Assembly: GCF_000354175.2 (NCBI RefSeq)
Contig: NC_022349.1
Span: forward strand, 300,001 to 332,000
DNA from: Vibrio alginolyticus NBRC 15630 = ATCC 17749
GTDB lineage: Bacteria > Pseudomonadota > Gammaproteobacteria > Enterobacterales > Vibrionaceae
Length of the DNA: 32,000 bases
Direction of reading: 5' to 3'
Shown here: piece after piece, positions 26,068 to 32,000 of the stretch
Layout: each line of letters starts with the position of its first letter
Numbering within the stretch: position 1 is the stretch's first letter
The notes under the pieces: model-generated
Seen by the model: only the letters and a program-made list of their open reading frames with translations
Told to the model about the DNA's origin: nothing
The model's database searches: none
Position numbers and translations under genes: made by a program

Positions 26068-27438
26068 TTACCAGAACAACCAAGCGAAAAGCGTTAGTGC
26101 AGCAATACAGGCAATGTTTAATACGAAACCAATTCGCATCATTTCTTTTTGCTTGATATGACCCGTACCGAACACAATCGCGTTTGGAGGTGTTGCAACA
26201 GGTAACATAAATGCACAAGATGCAGCGACGGCAATCAGTGCAGAGAGAATAACCGGAGACATGCCTAAGGCTTCTGCAATGGTCGCAAATACAGGGACAA
26301 GTAGCGCAGCACTGGCGGTGTTACTCGCAAACTCAGTTAAGAAGACAACAAAAGCAACCACTGCAAGAATCGTTAAGAGAATACCGGCTTGCTCAAGGAA
26401 GCCTGACAAGCTATGAGCCAAAAATACGCTTGTTCCGGTTGCTTTTAGGACGTTACTCAGACAGATACCACCACCAAATAGGATTAACACACCCCAGTCG
26501 GTTGTTTTCTCAATATCTTTCCACTCGACGGCGCGAGAAGCACCAAGTAGAAGGATGGCGCCAATAGCTACAAGAGTATCGAACTTCGCGAAGCCACCCA
26601 GCATAGCGTTAATAGGCTTACTGAATATCCACAAAGTTACGGTCAGTAAGAAAATCGCCAACGTAATCATTTTGCCGTTTGTCCATTCGACTGGTTGATG
26701 GTCAAGGTCAAACTTGTGGCTAAGGTCAGGCTTAGTCATCGTGTACAATACGAGGATAGCGATTGGCATTAATACTAGGGAAATAGGTACACCAAACTTC
26801 ATCCATTCAGTGAAGCTTAGGCCAACTTCAGCGGCTGCAATTGCGTTTGGTGGGCTACCAACCAGTGTTGCAATACCACCAATTGAAGCACTGTAAGCGA
26901 TACCGAGTAGAACAAACAAAAAGGTGTTGTGGTTTTTCTTGGCGTCTAGCTTTGTCATCACACCCAGCACAAGCGGTAACATCATCGCGGCGGTGGCGGT
27001 GTTTGAAATCCACATTGACAGGCCAGCACTCACACCAAATAGCATGAATACAGCGACAGACATTTTTCCTCTTGCCAGCAATAGTACTTTATCTGCAATC
27101 GCTTGATCTAACTTTTGTTTATGTAGAGCCGCAGCTAGTGCAAAACCACCCAAAAATAGAAAAATGATGGAGTTGGAAAAGTTATTCAGTGCGGCTTGAG
27201 TGTTGAACACACCCAAAAATACCGCAAGTAGTGGTATGAGCAGCGCAGTAATGCTGACGTGAATCGCTTCGGTTAGCCACAGAATAGCAACAAAAACTAA
27301 GATGCTCAGGCCGGTTACTACTTGTGGTTCAAAGGGTAAGGTATTAAACAAGATAATGAACAATAGGATATTCGCGTTCAAAATCATGCTGTTGCGAGTG
27401 AAGAACCAATTCTTCAATGTCACAGCGAGTGCGGTCAT
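26068..27438 (-). CDS. DASS/SLC13-family Na+-coupled di- or tricarboxylate or sulfate symporter (INDY-like)
   Basis: Two hairpin-tip SNT motifs ([13 protein letters not shown] and [13 protein letters not shown]) in a polytopic membrane protein. AAGGAG lies 7 nt upstream of the ATG at 27438. Confidence 0.85.
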   Translation of the reverse strand: MTALAVTLKNWFFTRNSMILNANILLFIILFNTLPFEPQVVTGLSILVFVAILWLTEAIHVSITALLIPLLAVFLGVFNTQAALNNFSNSIIFLFLGGFALAAALHKQKLDQAIADKVLLLARGKMSVAVFMLFGVSAGLSMWISNTATAAMMLPLVLGVMTKLDAKKNHNTFLFVLLGIAYSASIGGIATLVGSPPNAIAAAEVGLSFTEWMKFGVPISLVLMPIAILVLYTMTKPDLSHKFDLDHQPVEWTNGKMITLAIFLLTVTLWIFSKPINAMLGGFAKFDTLVAIGAILLLGASRAVEWKDIEKTTDWGVLILFGGGICLSNVLKATGTSVFLAHSLSGFLEQAGILLTILAVVAFVVFLTEFASNTASAALLVPVFATIAEALGMSPVILSALIAVAASCAFMLPVATPPNAIVFGTGHIKQKEMMRIGFVLNIACIAALTLFAWLFW

Positions 27439-27590
27439 GGGTAGTGCTCCTTTTGCATTGCCTTTTGTCGGTTTTTTTATGGCAAAGTAACTGACTTGTA
27501 GTTATTTATTGATGAAATGTTACTTTGAATGCGAAAAAGAGTTTTGCCTGAATCGTAGAGCAAATTAGAAAGTGTGATGTTGAGAATTGG

Positions 27591-27614
27591 AAATGGGTAG
27601 AAAACTACCCATTT
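27591..27614. terminator. Hairpin downstream of sanA (symmetric; probable sanA terminator)
   Basis: Perfect 10-bp stem AAATGGGTAG (27591-27600) / CTACCCATTT (27605-27614) with AAAA loop. The U-tract on the minus strand is weak. On the plus strand the stem is followed by GTTTTAT. Confidence 0.55.
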
Positions 27615-27657
27615 GTTTTATAGAAATGTTACTAGGCTTGTGAGCCACGTTATTCCT

Positions 27658-28392
27658 CTATTCGACGGGGACTTGAAGAGGCTCGTTAGCTGCTTTATTT
27701 GGCTCTTTTACTGCGACGATAGGTTCTTGAGGGCCAAGAAACTTAGGCTGCGTATTGATAATATACAGGTCTAAAAACGCTTTCACACGGGCTAGCAGTT
27801 CTCGAACACGCATCGATGTTTTTTGCTTGTTGGCCGTCGGCCCTGCTACCGCGAGACACTGCGCATCAATGCTGTAAGCATCAGCGATGAACAGTGCGCG
27901 TTCGCAGTGAAAGCGTTGAGTCACAATCAGAAATCGCTCCGAAGCAAAAATTTTTTTTGCTCGTACAATCGAATCTAAGGTACGAAAGCCAGCATAATCA
28001 AGGTGAATCACTTCTTCAGGCACGCCTGCTTTAAGTAAGTCGCGTTTCATTGTCCACGGTTCGTTATATGAACGGTGGGCGTTATCACCACTCAATAAAA
28101 ACTGTTTTACTTTGCCTTGGTTGTAAAGCTCAATCGCCGCATTAATGCGATGAGTGTAGTAAGTGTTGAGGATCTTTCCGATGTATTTACTGGTACCAAG
28201 AACTACGGCAACCTCATGTTGAGGGATTTGCTCGTATTCAGTGAAAATGCTCTCTTTGGCTTGTAAAACCACCCATCGGTCGATGGCAATAACAGAAACA
28301 AGCAGACTAAGTGCAGAGATCGACAAAATCAAAGCAAATCGCTTCCAGGAAAATTTCAGCTTCCACTTTGATCTTATGCGAGAAAACAACAA
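27658..28392 (-). CDS. sanA: SanA (DUF218) inner-membrane envelope-barrier protein
   Basis: AIDRWVV...VAVVLGTSKY...LLSGDNAHRSYNEPWTMKRDLLKAGVP...LDYAGFRTLDSIVRAKKIF...IVTQRFHCERALFIA is collinear with E. coli SanA as remembered. There is no ATG near the 5' end, so the start is a TTG (28392 or 28389). Confidence 0.85.
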   Translation of the reverse strand: MLFSRIRSKWKLKFSWKRFALILSISALSLLVSVIAIDRWVVLQAKESIFTEYEQIPQHEVAVVLGTSKYIGKILNTYYTHRINAAIELYNQGKVKQFLLSGDNAHRSYNEPWTMKRDLLKAGVPEEVIHLDYAGFRTLDSIVRAKKIFASERFLIVTQRFHCERALFIADAYSIDAQCLAVAGPTANKQKTSMRVRELLARVKAFLDLYIINTQPKFLGPQEPIVAVKEPNKAANEPLQVPVE

Positions 28393-28488
28393 AACGTTTT
28401 ATATCCTTAACTAAAAATGTAGTTCTCATCATATCTGATAGAAACAAAAAGAGAGAAGCCCATTTATGCCAAAATCTGGTTAGGATGA

Positions 28489-28520
28489 TAAAAAATAAAA
28501 GCCCCTACATGGTAGGGGCT
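28489..28520 (-). terminator. Rho-independent terminator after maeA
   Basis: AGCCCCTAC (28500-28508) / GTAGGGGCT (28512-28520) stem. On the minus strand it is followed by TTTATTTTTTAT. Confidence 0.85.
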
Positions 28521-28545
28521 AATTATTAAACGAATTGTCTCAAGC

Positions 28546-30234
28546 TTAGAACGCAGTGCGTTTGTAGCGGCGGTAAACAGGTTGCCAGAACGACTGTTCA
28601 ATTGCCACGTTCAATGCTTCATCAGTAATTTCTAATGCGACACCTTGTTCAATTGCCTTTTTACCAACGGCAAATGCGATTTTTTTCGACACTAAGTGGA
28701 TCTCTTCCAGTGGTGGAAGTAGTGCACCACGACCATTGATTGCTAGAGGAGAACATGTTGCTAGCGCGCGACTTGATTCCATTAGCATCTCGTCAGTGAC
28801 ACGTTTTGCATTGACAGCAAGTACACCAAGGCCAATGCCTGGGAAGATGTAGCTGTTGTTACATTGTGCAATAGGGTAAGTGCGACCTTCATGAACCACT
28901 GGCTCAAATGGGCTACCTGTTGCAACCAGTGCTTCACCATTTGTCCAACGAATGATGTCGTTCGGTGTCGCTTCCACGCGGCTTGTTGGGTTCGACAGAG
29001 GGAAGACAATCGGACGCTTACAGTGTTTATGCATTTCTTCGATGACTTCTTGGCTAAATAGGCCAGGCGCACCAGAAACACCAATTAGTACCGTTGGCTT
29101 GGCGTTACGCATAACATCGAGTAGTGAGAAGCCATTTCCTTCATTTTCCCACTCTTTCGTATTGGTATGCTTTTGCACCAAGCGTTGTTGGAAATCAAGA
29201 AGGTTAGGCATGCCTTCTTGTAACAGACCCCAACGGTCAACCATGTAAACTTGTGAGCGAGCTTGCTCGTCAGAAATTCCTTCCGATACCATTTGTGCGA
29301 TGATCGCTTCTGCGATACCACAACCAGCAGACCCTGCGCCTAGGAAGGTAATACGTTGTTTAGAAAGCTGAGTTCCTGCTGCTTTACAGGCGGCAAGTAG
29401 AGAGCCAACAGTAACAGCTGCAGTACCCTGAATATCATCATTGAAGCAACACACGCGGTCTTTGTAACGCTCTAGAAGAGGCATCGCATTTTTCTGAGCA
29501 AAGTCTTCGAACTGGATCAAAGCATCAGGCCAACGGCGCTGTACCGCTTGGATAAACTCTTCTACAAATGCATCGTATTCTGCACCCGTAATACGAGGAT
29601 GACGCCAACCCATGTACATCGGATCAGCTAAGCGTTGCGGGTTATTGGTACCCACATCAAGCACGATTGGTAGCGTGTAAGCAGGGCTGATACCACCACA
29701 CGCGGTATATAGTGACAGTTTACCGATAGGAATACCCATGCCGCCGATACCTTGGTCACCCAAGCCAAGGATACGTTCGCCATCTGTCACAACAATCACT
29801 TTAACGTTGTGGTTTGCTGCGTTGTTCAGCAAGTCGTCAATACGGTCACGGTTTGGGTATGAAATGAACAGACCACGACCACGACGGTAAATGTTAGAGA
29901 AGTTTTCACATGCTGCGCCAACAGTCGGTGTGTAGATGATAGGCATCATCTCAGAAATGTGATTTTGCACTAGGCGGTAATACAATGTTTCGTTGGTGTC
30001 TTGGATATTACGCAGATAAATGTGTTTATCCATATCGCTTTCGAAACTTTTGTATTGCTGGTAGGCACGTTCCACCTGCTCTTGGATAGTTTCGGTCGAC
30101 TCTGGAAGCAGACCTTCTAAGTTGAATGAACTACGTTCTTCAGCAGAGAATGCACTGCCTTTGTTCAAAAGAGGGGTTGCTAAAAGAGCCGGACCCGCAT
30201 ATGGAATATATAGTGGGCGTTTATCGTTGTTCAT
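28546..30234 (-). CDS. maeA: NAD-dependent malic enzyme
   Basis: [11 protein letters not shown]...LLNKGSAFS...[11 protein letters not shown]...[37 protein letters not shown]...[11 protein letters not shown] is essentially collinear with E. coli MaeA/SfcA as remembered. I chose the ATG at 30234 ([12 protein letters not shown]). The track extends 12 codons to a TTG. Confidence 0.95.
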   Translation of the reverse strand: MNNDKRPLYIPYAGPALLATPLLNKGSAFSAEERSSFNLEGLLPESTETIQEQVERAYQQYKSFESDMDKHIYLRNIQDTNETLYYRLVQNHISEMMPIIYTPTVGAACENFSNIYRRGRGLFISYPNRDRIDDLLNNAANHNVKVIVVTDGERILGLGDQGIGGMGIPIGKLSLYTACGGISPAYTLPIVLDVGTNNPQRLADPMYMGWRHPRITGAEYDAFVEEFIQAVQRRWPDALIQFEDFAQKNAMPLLERYKDRVCCFNDDIQGTAAVTVGSLLAACKAAGTQLSKQRITFLGAGSAGCGIAEAIIAQMVSEGISDEQARSQVYMVDRWGLLQEGMPNLLDFQQRLVQKHTNTKEWENEGNGFSLLDVMRNAKPTVLIGVSGAPGLFSQEVIEEMHKHCKRPIVFPLSNPTSRVEATPNDIIRWTNGEALVATGSPFEPVVHEGRTYPIAQCNNSYIFPGIGLGVLAVNAKRVTDEMLMESSRALATCSPLAINGRGALLPPLEEIHLVSKKIAFAVGKKAIEQGVALEITDEALNVAIEQSFWQPVYRRYKRTAF

Positions 30235-30447
30235 TGGGTGCCTTATGTAGGGTTGAAGGATGCGCACCAAATTTTAACGGGTTCACTATTTAGTTGTAAA
30301 CATGCGTTGATGCACATCAATGTAATGTCGCAAAAAAATTCAGATACCGACGAAAATATCGGCAATATTGGTTGTTTAGAGATACCTAAAGCAGGATTTT
30401 TTTACTTGGGTATAATGTTTTGCATCATCAAATCAAATCCAATTTCT

Positions 30448-32000
30448 ATGTTTCAACTACCTATCGACAGCCTGCAAGCCGAGTTTGACCATCATGTAAG
30501 CCTTAACCATCTTGTGGTGGAAGCCGAAACCGGGTCGGGTAAATCTACCCGCTTGCCCATGTGGGCGGCAAAACACGGACGCGTTCTGGTTATTGAACCA
30601 CGTCGAATTGCTTGTACCTCGCTGGCTGAATTTCTTGCGGAGCAATCTGGAGAGCCAATAGGTCGCAAAGTCGGTTACGCGATCAAGCTTCATGCCTATT
30701 TTGATGAAAAAACCGAAGTTGTATTTGTCACTCCGGGGGTTGCACTGCGTTGGTTTTCGGAAAACAAGCTAGCAGACTTTGATGTCGTGATAGTGGACGA
30801 ATTTCACGAGCGACGCTGGGATATTGATCTATTAACCGCCATTTTGAAGCAAGAAAATCAACATCGATTGATCGTCACTTCCGCTACCTTAGAAGGCGAA
30901 AAGCTTGCTCGTTACCTGAATGCTAAGCGCCTGAGTTCGGAGGGACGTTGCTTTCCAGTCACGGTGACACATCGTTCTACAGACAGCCGCTATTTACCGA
31001 ACAAAAAGGGATGTGAACAGGAGGTTGTCGGAGCGGTAAAAGAAGCACTGGAAGATGAAGATGGCGATATTCTTGTTTTTCTCCCAGGACGTAAAGAGAT
31101 CGCCCAATGCGCGCAGATGCTACAAAGCAGCAGTGATGTCATGGTGGTTAAACTTCATGCCTCGGTCAGTGATGCAGAACGACATCGTGCGCTGACGGTA
31201 CAAAAGCAACGGAAAGTCGTATTGGCAACCAACGTCGCGGAAACCTCTCTGACCATTCCTAATATCCGGGTGGTAATCGATAGCGGCTTAGAGCGCAGAA
31301 CTGTACAACGAAATGGACGTACAGCACTGACGTTAACCAACATTTCTAAGGCCAGTGCCGCGCAGCGAATGGGGCGAGCAGGTCGCGTTACCGAAGGGGC
31401 TTGTATTCGTCTATATGGTGAGCACGCGCCTTTAGAGTTGGTGACACCTCCAGAATTACACAGAGAAGAGCTCGTCGAGCCCATGCTGGCAGCGGCTTGT
31501 TGTGGGTACCGTCTCTCAACACTCGATTTTCTCGACTCAATTCCCCCAAAGTCGCTAGAGGCATCTCATTCGACGTTGTTATCCATGGAAGCGATTGATG
31601 AGGATGGCAATGTCACGCAGCACGGGAGAAAAGTATATCCACTACCCATTGATGCACTGTTTGCCGATCTCGTTACCAGAATTCAAGCGAAGACAGAGAA
31701 GGAAGCAATGATTGACTTGGCAGCAGCATTATCTGTGCCTGCTCAACTCTATCAGCGACAAAGTGGTGAAGTCGCTGAGCTTCTATCTCAAGAGGAACCA
31801 TACGGGTGTGATGCCTCTTTGCTTATCCGTTTGGTTCGGGGGGAGCGACTTCCGGGCATTGTCATTGATGCCAGCGCACTCGAAGAGGCGCAAGGTTTAG
31901 CGAAACAAATGCGAGAAGCATTTGAATTGCCGGAACTTGACGTTGCCTCTCGATATAAACGTGAAGCGCTCTTTTTCTCCATCGCCTCATTGCACCCTGA
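30448..32000 (+). CDS. DEAH-box ATP-dependent helicase, HrpA/HrpB family (3'-truncated by the window edge)
   Basis: Not in the supplied track. I translated frame 1 from the ATG at 30448 and found no stop through 32000. Motif I is ETGSGKST, motif II VDEFHER, motif III TSAT, motif V ATNVAETSLTIP and motif VI QRMGRAGR. A TATAAT box lies about 35 nt upstream. Confidence 0.9.
   Translation, partial: MFQLPIDSLQAEFDHHVSLNHLVVEAETGSGKSTRLPMWAAKHGRVLVIEPRRIACTSLAEFLAEQSGEPIGRKVGYAIKLHAYFDEKTEVVFVTPGVALRWFSENKLADFDVVIVDEFHERRWDIDLLTAILKQENQHRLIVTSATLEGEKLARYLNAKRLSSEGRCFPVTVTHRSTDSRYLPNKKGCEQEVVGAVKEALEDEDGDILVFLPGRKEIAQCAQMLQSSSDVMVVKLHASVSDAERHRALTVQKQRKVVLATNVAETSLTIPNIRVVIDSGLERRTVQRNGRTALTLTNISKASAAQRMGRAGRVTEGACIRLYGEHAPLELVTPPELHREELVEPMLAAACCGYRLSTLDFLDSIPPKSLEASHSTLLSMEAIDEDGNVTQHGRKVYPLPIDALFADLVTRIQAKTEKEAMIDLAAALSVPAQLYQRQSGEVAELLSQEEPYGCDASLLIRLVRGERLPGIVIDASALEEAQGLAKQMREAFELPELDVASRYKREALFFSIASLHP

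Overview
The window reads as a conserved Vibrionaceae core-chromosome segment of about 45% GC. It is densely packed with 25 well-supported protein genes and many clean rho-independent terminators. From memory only, the gene order matches the Vibrio cholerae chromosome 1 stretch that contains tfoX (VC1153), serC, cydDC, trxB and the class-V PLP enzyme that names the 'VC1184 subfamily'. I could not run any search.

Gene content, in order:
- grxA, an iron-type alcohol dehydrogenase, hexR, and a group II PLP decarboxylase (PanP-like)
- a secreted hypothetical protein, lysO, an HDOD protein, and tfoX
- a small beta-barrel outer membrane protein
- a translationally coupled histidine kinase and single-domain response regulator
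- a ydgA-like gene, serC, dsdA, cydC and cydD, and trxB
- a coupled 2OG-Fe(II) oxygenase and SufS-like PLP enzyme pair
- a DUF2797-like zinc-ribbon protein and a membrane GGDEF cyclase
- a DASS/INDY-type transporter, sanA, and maeA
- a DEAH-box helicase that runs off the 3' end and is absent from the supplied ORF track

I found no rRNA, tRNA, CRISPR array, IS element, integrase, phage gene or recognisable defence or toxin-antitoxin module. I therefore do not see an accessory island.

The best candidates for an under-described system are:
1. A soluble kinase (pseudo-receiver plus atypical CAP-like domain) with a paralogous CheY-like regulator, next to tfoX.
2. An overlapping 2OG oxygenase and SufS-like gene pair in which the desulfurase catalytic Cys appears to be replaced by Tyr.
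3. A Cys-rich DUF2797-like protein with a GIY-YIG-like motif.

Several intergenic oddities are reported at low interest: small ORFs, repeated motifs and structured UTRs. All functional calls rest on my reading of the translated ORFs and remembered family motifs. None was verified by search.
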